Notes under the pieces: model-generated
What the model saw: only the letters and a program-made list of their open reading frames with translations
Told to the model about the DNA's origin: nothing
Databases searched by the model: none
Program-made: the position numbers and the translations under genes
Assembly (NCBI GenBank): GCA_022763145.1
Contig: JALEGM010000151.1
Location: 1-51,811 of the forward strand
Origin: Aquisalinus sp.
Lineage (GTDB): Bacteria; Pseudomonadota; Alphaproteobacteria; Caulobacterales; Parvularculaceae
Direction: 5' to 3'
Length of the DNA: 51,811 nucleotides
Part shown: in pieces, positions 39,217 through 49,424 of the stretch
Layout of the letters: every line of letters begins with the position of its first letter
Numbering within the stretch: the stretch's first letter is position 1

Positions 39217-40461
39217 TCAGAACTTGATCGAGCTCTCGAATATAATTGACGCTTTTTCTTCCTGACCACCGAGTGAATCTGGTTTGTCGCTGTCCACAAA
39301 CTGTGCCGCAGCCCCAAGCGTCACTCCCTGCTGGAAAACATAGGAAACACCAGCCTGGGCAAGTTCTGTCTCACGAAAGAAGGATGGGTCTAACGGGGAT
39401 GCTGCATCACGGGCAGCATCTGATGATCCGTAGCCCAGCATAAACCCCCAGGGACCAGTTTCATACGTAATACCCGCGTCGAATGCGAGATATGCATCAT
39501 CATCAGGTACATCCAGGCCAGCATTTGTGTTCTTGATGGATCCGCCGAGTGTAAAACCCTTGATCGCCACATTCAGACCAACGGCATAGGATTCATAGTC
39601 ATCGAAACCCGGTGGCGTATTGCCAACATCTTCAGAGGCCGTGACGTAACTGGCACCGAGACCCAATCGGATGTCATTCTCCGGATTGCCGATACCCCGC
39701 TCGAAATATAGCGCGGTTTCAACAACATCGCGCCATGACGAATTTCGAACCAGAGTTTGTCCGGCTGCCGCTGGCACGCTCCCAGTTACCGGCGCACATA
39801 GTTCTTCTTCACATTCTTTCAATTCTGGCGAGTATGAAACTCCGACCTGCAGACCGCCTATAATACCACCCAGAAAATTCGCTGGTGGCATATATGTAAG
39901 CTTCGTCGAGTAACCCGAGAAATCATTCACAGTCTGAATATCGTTCAAATTGGAAAGGTCGCTCTTCCAGTCATTGACCCCAATTGCCCTGAAAACTGTA
40001 GGGGAGGTGACAGCTAACTGGCTGGCAATGCCATTATCACGACCTATCGAGATTTCGCCAAAACCACCCTTGAGATAAGCAAAAGCGCTCTGCAAGAAGG
40101 CATCACCCTCTAGCGGGCCAACCCCTCGCGAACCGCCAGATAGTAAGCCTGAGTATCGGCCGCCAGCCCAGTACTGTTGAGGAATATCGCCATCGGCCCT
40201 TGCTTCAAAAACACCACCAATTTCGAGTCCGCTATCCAGAACACGAGAAGTCTTTACTTTTACACGCGCATCAGCATCAGCTTCAAAGTCACCATCAACA
40301 CTACCGGCGACGGCAGTTATTTCTCCGCTAACTTCTACATTTGTATCTTGGGCTATAGCTGAAGCGTAAAAAGGCCAAACACAACAAGCAACAAGCAGCG
40401 TCGAACGAAGCCCGGAGGACTTCGTTGAAACCGAGTTGCAAATGTTAGCGTCGTACCTCAT
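39217..40461 (-). CDS. Outer-membrane porin (alphaproteobacterial type)
   Basis: Signal peptide, LDSGLEIG, AYLKGGFGEISIG, KLTY..P, VGVSYSP, alternating beta-strands, C-terminal Phe. Confidence 0.85.
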   Translation of the reverse strand: MRYDANICNSVSTKSSGLRSTLLVACCVWPFYASAIAQDTNVEVSGEITAVAGSVDGDFEADADARVKVKTSRVLDSGLEIGGVFEARADGDIPQQYWAGGRYSGLLSGGSRGVGPLEGDAFLQSAFAYLKGGFGEISIGRDNGIASQLAVTSPTVFRAIGVNDWKSDLSNLNDIQTVNDFSGYSTKLTYMPPANFLGGIIGGLQVGVSYSPELKECEEELCAPVTGSVPAAAGQTLVRNSSWRDVVETALYFERGIGNPENDIRLGLGASYVTASEDVGNTPPGFDDYESYAVGLNVAIKGFTLGGSIKNTNAGLDVPDDDAYLAFDAGITYETGPWGFMLGYGSSDAARDAASPLDPSFFRETELAQAGVSYVFQQGVTLGAAAQFVDSDKPDSLGGQEEKASIIFESSIKF

Positions 40462-40736
40462 CGTCTCGCAGTTATTTTATCTCTGTCTACGCAGCTTGCC
40501 TGGCAGCAAATCTGACCCCTTGTAGAATTAACGCCACTTAAAATTATGCAATAATTAACGTATGTTAGCTTGTAACAGCGCTCACTTATTGCGTACATCT
40601 CTCCTTACGAATAAAGGCGTGATGCGTTTTCTGGTCAACAGAATTTGAGTCGAAGTATTTGAGTAATCTGACCATTGTGATAGTAAAGTCACGAATGGTT
40701 AACCGAAGCAGTTACTTTCTAGGGAGTTGAGGCATT

Positions 40737-41207
40737 ATGAAGCCTGAAACAAAGCGTTTGTGTAAGATTTTGGGAATGGCTTGTGGCGCAGCCATACTTG
40801 CAGCCTGTGCAAGTAACAACAACGCCGCAGAAACAAGCAAAAATGCAGCCCTGCCATCTTACTCACTGGACAACCGTTCTGGCGCTGTAACCAGTGTTAA
40901 CAGATATCTTTGGTCTGCATCCCTTGAAACACTCAATTTCATGCCGGTCTTCTCAGCTGACCCGATTGGCGGGATCATCATAACTGACTGGTTTGCAAAC
41001 CCGAACGTACCGAATGAGCGCTTGAAAGCTAACATCTATATACTCGATACGACGCTTCGCGCTGATGCCTTGCGTGTTTCAGTTTTCAAACAACAATACA
41101 CAGGCGCTGGCTGGCAAGATGCACCTGTAAACCCGGCAACTGCTCGTGAGATTGAAAACGCTATTCTAACGCGCGCACGCCAACTACGACTTAACAGCGT
41201 CGGCTAG
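40737..41207 (+). CDS. DUF3576 family lipoprotein
   Basis: LAAC lipobox, [38 protein letters not shown]; upstream of leuS. Confidence 0.9.
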   Translation: MKPETKRLCKILGMACGAAILAACASNNNAAETSKNAALPSYSLDNRSGAVTSVNRYLWSASLETLNFMPVFSADPIGGIIITDWFANPNVPNERLKANIYILDTTLRADALRVSVFKQQYTGAGWQDAPVNPATAREIENAILTRARQLRLNSVG

Positions 41208-41233
41208 TAATCTTTCCCGTTTGACGGTACGCG

Positions 41234-41261
41234 AAACGCCCGTTGTCAGACGGGCGTTTTT
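41234..41261 (+). terminator. Intrinsic terminator between DUF3576 gene and leuS
   Basis: AAACGCCCGT-tgtcag-ACGGGCGTTT followed by TT. Confidence 0.72.
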
Positions 41262-41289
41262 CATATTCAGAACCAGCAAGGTCAGCCAT

Positions 41290-43890
41290 ATGGCACGTTA
41301 TAATCCGAAAGAAGCAGAACCCAAATGGCGCAAGGCCTGGGAAGAAACAGATGCCTTCAGGGCAGAGGATGACACTTCAAAGCCTAAATATTTCGTCCTC
41401 GAAATGTTCCCTTATCCATCAGGGCGTATCCATATCGGTCATGTAAGAAATTACGCCATGGGCGACGTGATTGCCCGCTACAAGAAAGCACAAGGCCACA
41501 ACGTGCTGCACCCCATGGGGTGGGACGCTTTCGGCATGCCGGCAGAGAATGCTGCCATGGAAAGTGGCGGCCATCCGCGCACCTGGACGTACAATAATAT
41601 CGCTATCATGCGTGACCAGTTGAAACGAATGGGATTAGCCATCGACTGGAGTCGGGAGTTCGCCACGTCAGATCCTGAGTACTACGTCCATGAGCAACGC
41701 ATGTTCCTGGATTTTTGGAAACAAGGTTTCATCCACCGCAAGGAAAGTATGGTCAACTGGGATCCCGTCGACCAGACCGTACTTGCCAATGAGCAGGTGA
41801 TTGATGGCAAAGGATGGCGGTCAGGTGCACCTGTTGAGCGGCGCACACTATCGCAATGGTTCTTCAAGATCACTGATCGCGCAGAAGATCTGCTCGCTGC
41901 ACTGGATGACGGCCGCCTCGGAAGCTGGCCAGAGAATGTCATCAGTATGCAGCGTAACTGGATTGGCAAGTCAAAGGGCTTGAAAATGCGGTTCCACGCG
42001 ACGGGTCATGCGCCAGCAGGTTTCGAGAACCTGGAGATTTACACAACACGGCCAGATACTCTTTATGGTGCTTCATTCCTGGGGGTCTCTCCTGACCATC
42101 CACTCGCAAAACATTACGCAGCTCATAACCCGGACTTGCAGGCATTTATTGCAGACTGCCAGAAAACCGGTACGTCTGAACAAGCAATCGAGAAGGCCGA
42201 GAAAAAGGGCTATCGCCTGCCACTTGAGATGAAACACCCTGTAAGAGAGGGCGACACTTTACCGGTGTTCGTTGCCAATTTCATTCTGATGCAATACGGC
42301 ACTGGCGCGATTTTCGGCTGTCCCGCGCATGATCAGAGGGACCTTGATTTTGCCAGAAAATATGATCTCAGCGTAACACCTGTTGTATTGCCACCTGAAG
42401 CCGAAGCCGGCAGTTTCAGCATTGAAAACGAGGCCTATGTCGGACCGGGGACAATGTTCAACTCAGGCTTTCTTGATGGCATGAACTGGCAAGAAGCCTT
42501 GCCAGCCATGATCGATCACATTGAAAAGAAAGGCGACGGGGAGGGCACGACAAATTACCGACTGCGCGACTGGGGCATTTCTCGCCAGCGGTATTGGGGT
42601 TGCCCCATTCCGGCTATACACTGTGAAAAATGCGGTGTCGTTCCGGTACCGGAACAGGACCTTCCGATTGTTTTACCAGACGAAGCAGACTTTTCAGAAC
42701 CTGGTAATCCACTCGACCGACACCCAACCTGGAAACACGTCGACTGCCCAAAATGTGGCAACCCGGCTCGCCGGGAAACGGACACTTTCGACACATTCGT
42801 AGATTCTTCATGGTATTTTGCACGGTTTGCTGCGCCAACGCCCGAGGGGCCGACCAACAAAGACATGGCTGACTATTGGCTACCCGTCGATCAGTATATT
42901 GGCGGCATTGAACACGCGATCCTTCACCTTCTTTATGCACGCTATTTCACACGTAATATGAAGGACTGTAATTATCTGTCGGTTGAGGAACCATTCCGTA
43001 ATTTGTTCACACAAGGAATGGTGGTGCATGCGACCTATCTTGATACTGACGAAAGCAAACCACTTAAAGACCGGTGGCTGTTTCCCGAGCAAGTCATACT
43101 GAAAGGGGACAGTGCTACGCACGCAGAAACAGGTATGGCCGTCAAGGTCGGGGCAATCGAAAAGATGTCCAAATCAAAAAAGAATGTCGTATCACCGGAA
43201 GAAATTGCCAACACCTATGGCGCAGATTCAGCACGCTGGTTCATGCTATCTGACTCCCCACCGGAGCGTGATGTAGAATGGAGTGAGGCAGGTGTTGAGG
43301 GCGCATGGAAACTCGTCAATCGCATCTGGGATACGTGCGAACAGGCAGCTGATATTTTACGCGACCCATTTGATGATCAACTATCGACTGACATGATGCA
43401 GGGAGATATGGCCATGCGCCGTTTGACCCATGCAAGCATTGCGAATGTTACAGATGACATCGAGAATTTCCGCTTCAACAAGGCTATTGCCAGACTTTAC
43501 GAGTTTATCAATGCGGCAAGAAAGGCAGTTTCGGAAGACTCCATTTCCGCTCCTGTAAAAGCAGAGACGCTATCGGCGCTAACACGACTGATATCCCCGT
43601 TCATCCCGCATCTCGCTGAAGAATGCTGGGAGCATCTGGGCGGAGAGGGCATGATCTGTCACGCCCCGTGGCCTAAAGCAGATGAAAGTCTTCTCGTTTC
43701 CGAAACAATCACTCTGCCGATCCAGGTAGGCGGCAAGCGTCGTGGCGAGATCATCGTACCTGCTGACGCTGACGAAGAAGAAGTGAAGAAACTGGCCTTG
43801 TCTGATGAAGCCGTTCAGCGCCATATTGATGGCAAGGAGATTCGCAAGTTCATCGTTGTGCCTGGACGGATAATCAATATCGTCGTCTAA
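41290..43890 (+). CDS. leuS: Leucine--tRNA ligase
   Basis: MFPYPSG.IHIGH (HIGH), [16 protein letters not shown]; start set at MARYN. Confidence 0.98.
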   Translation: MARYNPKEAEPKWRKAWEETDAFRAEDDTSKPKYFVLEMFPYPSGRIHIGHVRNYAMGDVIARYKKAQGHNVLHPMGWDAFGMPAENAAMESGGHPRTWTYNNIAIMRDQLKRMGLAIDWSREFATSDPEYYVHEQRMFLDFWKQGFIHRKESMVNWDPVDQTVLANEQVIDGKGWRSGAPVERRTLSQWFFKITDRAEDLLAALDDGRLGSWPENVISMQRNWIGKSKGLKMRFHATGHAPAGFENLEIYTTRPDTLYGASFLGVSPDHPLAKHYAAHNPDLQAFIADCQKTGTSEQAIEKAEKKGYRLPLEMKHPVREGDTLPVFVANFILMQYGTGAIFGCPAHDQRDLDFARKYDLSVTPVVLPPEAEAGSFSIENEAYVGPGTMFNSGFLDGMNWQEALPAMIDHIEKKGDGEGTTNYRLRDWGISRQRYWGCPIPAIHCEKCGVVPVPEQDLPIVLPDEADFSEPGNPLDRHPTWKHVDCPKCGNPARRETDTFDTFVDSSWYFARFAAPTPEGPTNKDMADYWLPVDQYIGGIEHAILHLLYARYFTRNMKDCNYLSVEEPFRNLFTQGMVVHATYLDTDESKPLKDRWLFPEQVILKGDSATHAETGMAVKVGAIEKMSKSKKNVVSPEEIANTYGADSARWFMLSDSPPERDVEWSEAGVEGAWKLVNRIWDTCEQAADILRDPFDDQLSTDMMQGDMAMRRLTHASIANVTDDIENFRFNKAIARLYEFINAARKAVSEDSISAPVKAETLSALTRLISPFIPHLAEECWEHLGGEGMICHAPWPKADESLLVSETITLPIQVGGKRRGEIIVPADADEEEVKKLALSDEAVQRHIDGKEIRKFIVVPGRIINIVV

Positions 43891-43916
43891 GCGGAAGAAG
43901 CAGGAGGGCAGGGTAA

Positions 43917-44534
43917 ATGGTCCGTAAATATTGTAAAAATGTCGCCGCGATAACAACGCTACTGCTTTCAGTTCCGTTACTGTCAGCATGCGGCTTTACC
44001 CCTCTTTATGCAGACAATGATCAGGAGCTAACACGCTCTCTGGCGGCGGTGAATATTCTTCCTATTCGTCAACCCGAAACAGCAAGCTACGTTCTTGAAA
44101 ATGAGCTACGCGATTTTACCAGCAGGACCGCAATAACAAGGTATGACCTGTCAGTAAATTTGCGAGAGCGTCGCAGGTCTGTTGCTGTAACCGGTAATGC
44201 TCAAACCGCGCGTTTTGAGTACACGCTATCAGCAGGTTATACCTTGTCAGATAACCAGACCGGACAGCGCTACCGCAACGCAAAGTCCGTTGTGACAAGT
44301 TACGGGATTGTGCCATCCCAGTATGCCTCACTGGTTGCTCAGGAAGACGCTATTCGTAAGGCAGCGATTGAACTTGCCCAACAAATCGAATTTGATCTTG
44401 TTTTCTATTTCAAGGGCCAAATCGAAGGCACCCAAATTGAGGCTGGAGAAGAATTCGAGGCTCAGGACGAACAGGAAACTTTCCAGGAGCGCCAGATTCA
44501 GGAAATTCTTGGGGAAGACTTTGAGCGCGATTAA
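43917..44534 (+). CDS. lptE: LPS assembly lipoprotein LptE
   Basis: LSACGFTPLY lipobox; leuS-lptE-holA synteny. Confidence 0.85.
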   Translation: MVRKYCKNVAAITTLLLSVPLLSACGFTPLYADNDQELTRSLAAVNILPIRQPETASYVLENELRDFTSRTAITRYDLSVNLRERRRSVAVTGNAQTARFEYTLSAGYTLSDNQTGQRYRNAKSVVTSYGIVPSQYASLVAQEDAIRKAAIELAQQIEFDLVFYFKGQIEGTQIEAGEEFEAQDEQETFQERQIQEILGEDFERD

Positions 44535-45573
44535 GCCAAAGGATGTTGCTGCGCTCCTTGCCAAACGCAACGAGCATTACAAAGCCTTTCTGATCTATGG
44601 GCCTGATGGAGGGTTGGTCAAAGAGCGATCCAACATACTGGCAAAGCAAGTTGTTGATGATCTGACTGATCCGTTCAATTTCATTGAGCTGTCAGAAAAC
44701 GATCTGAAAGAAACACCTTCTCGCTTGGTGGATGAAGCTGCTGCCCTGTCCTTTACGGGTGGCGAGCGCGTCGTGAGAGTTTCGGGTTCGGGGGAGGCAG
44801 TTACCACATCGATCAAGCTTTTATTAAACTCTCTCGAAGTCGAAACATTCATTCCTAACGCGTTGACGATCATAGAAGCCGGCGACTTACGTAAAACGGC
44901 CGGCTTACGTAAGCTATTTGAGCAAAGCAAAATCGCCGCTGCTATACCCTGTTATGAAGATAGCACACTGGACCTGCGTCAGCTCATCACAGATACTCTG
45001 GACACCGAGAACCTTTCCATCTCGCGCGATGGGCTGGAGTTCCTAGCGTCAAATCTTGGACTGGATCGAGGCATCAGCAAAGCGGAGATTGAAAAGCTTA
45101 TCCTGTATAAAGGCACCAAGGAGCAAAGAAACGAACCGGAAGAAGTTTCTTTGGAAGATGTCAAAACCTGTCTGACTGATGCAACGCAAGATACAACTTT
45201 TGACATTCCCTCTTTAAGTGCCAATGGCGAAACACAAAAGCTTTCCCGAGCTTTGCACCGGGCAGAGACAACAGGTACATCGCCCGTGACAATCCTCATA
45301 TTTCTACAGCGTCACTTTGCCCGGCTGCACACTGTGCAATCCTTTATCAGTGACGGTATGGCCAGAGACGCGGCTATGAAGAAGCTTCGCCCACCGATCT
45401 TCTTTGCGCAACAGCGCAACTTTGAAAATCAATTGCGTAAATGGCCACTGATGCGTCTGGAAAAAGCTATAGCTGACCTTCTGGAAACAGAACATGCTGC
45501 AAAACGAACAGGCGCTCCTCAACAGGAGTTGATTGAGCGAGCAGCACTACGACTTTCGGTTATGGCAAAATAG
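44521..45573 (+). CDS. holA: DNA polymerase III subunit delta
   Basis: LIYGPDGGLV.ER, RLVDEA, AIPCYED, EIEKL.LY, LRPPIFF; TTG start overlapping the lptE end. Confidence 0.92.
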   Translation: MSAIKPKDVAALLAKRNEHYKAFLIYGPDGGLVKERSNILAKQVVDDLTDPFNFIELSENDLKETPSRLVDEAAALSFTGGERVVRVSGSGEAVTTSIKLLLNSLEVETFIPNALTIIEAGDLRKTAGLRKLFEQSKIAAAIPCYEDSTLDLRQLITDTLDTENLSISRDGLEFLASNLGLDRGISKAEIEKLILYKGTKEQRNEPEEVSLEDVKTCLTDATQDTTFDIPSLSANGETQKLSRALHRAETTGTSPVTILIFLQRHFARLHTVQSFISDGMARDAAMKKLRPPIFFAQQRNFENQLRKWPLMRLEKAIADLLETEHAAKRTGAPQQELIERAALRLSVMAK

Positions 45574-45669
45574 CCACAGTATGAACTTTAGATTTTTCTC
45601 GGATTGACAAGTCTAAACATCGAGCGTACCCGGAGCGAGTGTCATATAGCACAAGTAACGAGCAGACCC

Positions 45670-45777
45670 ATGAATAAGTCAATAAAAACAACACGACTGG
45701 AAGTCGCGGCGGCATTGTCCACGTGTCCACTTCCCTTGTCGGCTCGTTTCAGGCCCGCGCTACAGGTAATCATTTGA
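45670..45777 (+). CDS. Candidate leader peptide (35 aa) upstream of MATE gene
   Basis: Hand-translated MNKSIKTTRLEVAAALSTCPLPLSARFRPALQVII; stops 22 nt before a terminator. Confidence 0.45.
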   Translation: MNKSIKTTRLEVAAALSTCPLPLSARFRPALQVII

Positions 45778-45799
45778 TCCGCTCTGATCCCCGTACCGC

Positions 45800-45831
45800 C
45801 CCTCCGAGCCACCCGCTCCGGAGGGTTTTTT
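45800..45831 (+). terminator. Intrinsic terminator in the MATE 5' leader (attenuator candidate)
   Basis: CCCTCCGAGC-caccc-GCT(C)CGGAGGG followed by T6, ending 42 nt before the MATE ATG. Confidence 0.78.
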
Positions 45832-45873
45832 GTCTCTCCTGATGAGCATTGAAAGATTTGCGAGAGATTAAAA

Positions 45874-47334
45874 ATGACTGAGAGAGAGAATAATCAGCAA
45901 AATACAATCACCCTACAATCGGCTGAACCCTATTCAGCCGTAACAACCGGTATGGAACATGTTCCTGTCCCCATCACATGGAGGAAGGAATTTGCGAGTT
46001 TGTTCTTGCTGGGTTTGCCAATGGCCTTAACGCAACTGGTACAGTTTTCAATCAGTACCATTGATCTACTGATGATTGGTCAATTGGGGGCGCAAGCCCT
46101 CGCATCCGCGTCTCTTGGGTTGGCGATATTCTATGCGACGTGGCTGGTCGGCTTTGGTCCAATGATGGCAGTTACACCACTGGTTTCCCAAACGCTCGGT
46201 GCGGACCCCGATAACACACGCGATGCCAGAATATCTGTAAGAATGGGCCTCTGGGCCATCATTCTTACATTCCCGATGATGTTCCTGATCTATTTCTTCT
46301 CAACGGACATTGCACTTATGCTAGGCCAGGCTGAAGCGACATCGAATGCTGCTGGCAATTATATTCTTGCCCTGGCACCGGGCATGCCGTTCGCGTTAGG
46401 CGTATTCCTATTAAGGAACTTTCTTGCCGCGATAGATCGTACACGTGTTCCACTGGCTGTTATCGTGATTGTAACCATGCTGAACACGCTCCTCAACTGG
46501 TTGCTCATTTATGGAAACTGGGGATTTCCAGAGTGGGGCCTCGTTGGCGCAGGGATTGCGTCATCACTGTCGCATATTACCGGCTTCGCGCTCCTAGTGT
46601 TGTACATCCAATGGGATAAACGAGGGTGCCAGTTCGACTTGTTTGAGAATTTCTTCCGCTTGCATACAGAACGGTTGAAAGAGATCTTCAAACTGGGCCT
46701 ACCCATTAGTGTTACGTTCGGCTTTGAAGTGATGTTGTTTAATGTCGCTGTATTTTTGATGGGCCTCATTGGTGTCAATGAACAGGCTGCTTATCAGTCT
46801 GCACTCAATGTTGCAGCTTTAGCCTTTATGATGCCACTTGGTTTCTCTATGGCCGGCTGTGTACGCGTTGGCCTTGCGGCCGGGGCTAAAGATCAAAATG
46901 GTGTGCGTAAAGCTGCTGGAGCCACTATTACTATTTGCCTAACAGCGATTATGGCGGTTGCAGTATTCGTAGTCATATTCCCAAAAGAAATAGCCGGATT
47001 CTATTTAGATGCTGGCAATGCTGCAAACACTGAGGTATTACAGCTAATCGCCTCCTTCTTGCCCATTGCAGCTGCCTTTATGTTCTTTGACGGTATTCAG
47101 GTGGCGGCTGGACAAGTATTACGCGGCTTGAAAGATGTAACTCTACCGATGTATTTGACCGGTATCAGTTACTGGGTCGTTGGATTCCCGGTGTCAGTTT
47201 ACTTTGGGCTTTACACGCCTGTCGGTGCGGTAGGTGTCTGGTGGGGATTACTGGCAGGACTGGCCGCCGCATCGGTTCTGCTTGGGGCGCGATTATTATA
47301 CTTACTCGCCCACCCGGAAAAACAGCCCGCCTAA
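45874..47334 (+). CDS. MATE-family efflux transporter (NorM-like)
   Basis: LGLPMALTQL..., DLLMIGQLG, G.GIAS, FMMPLG, RVG, FDGIQV...LRGLKD, GVWWGL; ~12 TMs. Confidence 0.94.
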   Translation: MTERENNQQNTITLQSAEPYSAVTTGMEHVPVPITWRKEFASLFLLGLPMALTQLVQFSISTIDLLMIGQLGAQALASASLGLAIFYATWLVGFGPMMAVTPLVSQTLGADPDNTRDARISVRMGLWAIILTFPMMFLIYFFSTDIALMLGQAEATSNAAGNYILALAPGMPFALGVFLLRNFLAAIDRTRVPLAVIVIVTMLNTLLNWLLIYGNWGFPEWGLVGAGIASSLSHITGFALLVLYIQWDKRGCQFDLFENFFRLHTERLKEIFKLGLPISVTFGFEVMLFNVAVFLMGLIGVNEQAAYQSALNVAALAFMMPLGFSMAGCVRVGLAAGAKDQNGVRKAAGATITICLTAIMAVAVFVVIFPKEIAGFYLDAGNAANTEVLQLIASFLPIAAAFMFFDGIQVAAGQVLRGLKDVTLPMYLTGISYWVVGFPVSVYFGLYTPVGAVGVWWGLLAGLAAASVLLGARLLYLLAHPEKQPA

Positions 47335-47340
47335 ATCTAA

Positions 47341-47362
47341 GCAGGGAAAGAAATTTCCCTGC
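47341..47362. terminator. Hairpin between convergent MATE and aminotransferase genes
   Basis: GCAGGGAAA-gaaa-TTTCCCTGC perfect 9-bp stem; no strong U-tract. Confidence 0.6.
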
Positions 47363-47363
47363 G

Positions 47364-48494
47364 TTATCCTATCACCGCCTTCATAGCCTCAAGGCATTTG
47401 GTGACATTTTCTTCACGGGCGCTGTGCCCCATAAGACCAATTCGCCAGACTTTTCCAGCCAGAGCACCCAAACCTGCACCAATCTCGAGCTTATGATCTG
47501 TTAGCAGAGCTTTTCTAATATCTGCCTCCCGGGCTTGCAGGTGGTTTGGGATCAGAACACTGTTCAGTTGAGGAAGCCGATAAGCTATATCAACAAGGTA
47601 TTCGATACCAAGTTCAGCAAGACCTTGATATAATTGGCGATGCAGTCGTTGGTGGCGCTCCCACGAAGTTTCAAGACCCTCTTCATGTAAAATGACCAGA
47701 CTCTCATGCAGTCCGTACATCGCATTAACCGGCGCTGTATGGTGATAAGCACGACCACCATCACCGTCCCAGTATCCAAGTACCAAATTCAGATCAAGAA
47801 ACCAGCTCTGAACTTTCGTCTTCCGATTACGCACTTTCTCAAGAGCTTTGCTTGAAAAGCTTACAGGTGATAAACCCGGCGGGGCAGAGAGACATTTTTG
47901 ACTGCCAGAATATATGGCATCTATGCCCCAGCCATCAACTTCCAGGGGGATACCGCCAAGTGTCGTGACCGCATCCACAATGGCAAGACAGCCATGCTCA
48001 CGAGCAAGAGCACATAATGCTTCAGCATCTGAACGCACACCAGTTGATGTCTCCGAATGTACAAACCCGAGCGCCGTCGCATCAGGATTTGCTTTCAATG
48101 CTTCTTTTACTTTATCGACGGAAACCGGCTTACCCCACTCATCTTCAACGACGATAGGTATGCCACCAGCACGCTCAATATTTTCCTTCATCCGGCCACC
48201 AAAGACGCCATTGATACAGACAATCACCTTGTCTGCCGGCTCAACCAGATTAACAATGCAGGTTTCCATACCCGCCGAACCTGGTGCAGAAACCGGAAAA
48301 GTTACATCATTCTTTGTACGGAATGCATAACGAAGCAGCTCCTTAATATCATCCATCAATCTCACAAACTGTGGATCAAGGTGGCCGATCGTCACGTGGC
48401 CTTGAGCGGCCAGGACACGTGGCGACACGTCAGAAGGCCCAGGACCCATCAAGGTTTTTTCAACAGGATTGAATGATTGGAAATTACCAGACAT
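47364..48494 (-). CDS. Alanine--glyoxylate/serine--pyruvate aminotransferase (class V)
   Basis: LMGPGPS, GHLDP, VHSETSTGV, SGSQKCLSAPPG, YHHTAP, WRIGLMG; start set at MSGNF. Confidence 0.92.
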   Translation of the reverse strand: MSGNFQSFNPVEKTLMGPGPSDVSPRVLAAQGHVTIGHLDPQFVRLMDDIKELLRYAFRTKNDVTFPVSAPGSAGMETCIVNLVEPADKVIVCINGVFGGRMKENIERAGGIPIVVEDEWGKPVSVDKVKEALKANPDATALGFVHSETSTGVRSDAEALCALAREHGCLAIVDAVTTLGGIPLEVDGWGIDAIYSGSQKCLSAPPGLSPVSFSSKALEKVRNRKTKVQSWFLDLNLVLGYWDGDGGRAYHHTAPVNAMYGLHESLVILHEEGLETSWERHQRLHRQLYQGLAELGIEYLVDIAYRLPQLNSVLIPNHLQAREADIRKALLTDHKLEIGAGLGALAGKVWRIGLMGHSAREENVTKCLEAMKAVIG

Positions 48495-48511
48495 GAAATC
48501 TCTCTTTGCGT

Positions 48512-49417
48512 TTATACAGACACATTCATCAGGCGGCGACACACTTCATCAAGCTGATCGAGAGACCTGTAATCAATCGTCAAGAAACCGCCTTTTTTGC
48601 CTTTGTGCTCAATACTGACGTCAAGGCCAAGAGCCTCGGCGATATCTCTCTCCAGAGCACGCGTGTCTGCATCCTTTTTTGAACTTCCAGATTTTTCTTT
48701 TTTCGCCTTGGAGGAAACTGGCTTCGCTCCCTCAAAATCCGTACTTTCGGACTTTACGAGCTTTTCTGCCTGGCGAACGGAAAGACCCTTTTTGATAATC
48801 CGATCAGCTAGTACATCAGGCTCAGCACTCGAAAGGAGCGCGCGAGCATGGCCCATGGACAGAGCTCCCTCCCGAACCATCAAACGAACAGATTCTGGAA
48901 GCTTGAGTAGTCGCAGCATGTTAGCTACGTGACTGCGACTCTTACCAACAGCATCAGCGATTTCACCTTGGTTACGGTCATGCGCATCGCCCAGATGAGC
49001 ATAGGCTTCAGCCTCTTCCATAGGATTCAGATCAACCCTTTGCAGGTTTTCGATGAGAGCAATTTCAGCCGTCTCCGCATCGGAAAGACTGCGAATAATA
49101 ACCGGCACTTCATGTAGCTGTGCCTTTTGAGCTGCGCGCCAGCGTCTTTCACCTGCAACAATCTGATACCGCTCAGCGTGCCCTTGCGCGGGACGAACCA
49201 GAATTGGCTGTAATAGACCCTTTTCACTAATTGACGTCGCCAACTCTTCCATAGCCTCATCAGAGAATGTTTTCCTTGGCTGTTTCGGATCAGGAATGAT
49301 AAACTCAATGGGCAATCGTTCTTGCGAGCCCGATACGGCAGCCGTCTCTCGCTCCGCAGTTGCAGATTCCCCCAACAAAACATCAAGTCCGCGGCCCAGT
49401 CCCTTTTTTGCCATCAT
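48512..49417 (-). CDS. parB: Chromosome partitioning protein ParB
   Basis: KGLGRGL, QPRKTF, LQPILVR, AGERRWRA, ENLQR.DL, GKSRSHVAN.LRLL. Confidence 0.97.
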   Translation of the reverse strand: MMAKKGLGRGLDVLLGESATAERETAAVSGSQERLPIEFIIPDPKQPRKTFSDEAMEELATSISEKGLLQPILVRPAQGHAERYQIVAGERRWRAAQKAQLHEVPVIIRSLSDAETAEIALIENLQRVDLNPMEEAEAYAHLGDAHDRNQGEIADAVGKSRSHVANMLRLLKLPESVRLMVREGALSMGHARALLSSAEPDVLADRIIKKGLSVRQAEKLVKSESTDFEGAKPVSSKAKKEKSGSSKKDADTRALERDIAEALGLDVSIEHKGKKGGFLTIDYRSLDQLDEVCRRLMNVSV

Positions 49418-49424
49418 GCCCTCC

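Noticed and set aside
44308-44520. Long N-terminal extensions in the ORF track (holA; also infB, leuS, nfuA, yggS, parB)
   Set aside because: They overlap neighbouring genes or terminators and lack family similarity; downstream starts fit better
45630-45821. 6S RNA interpretation of the long-range stem
   Set aside because: No extended rod with central bubble evident, and the usual zapA/ygfA context is absent
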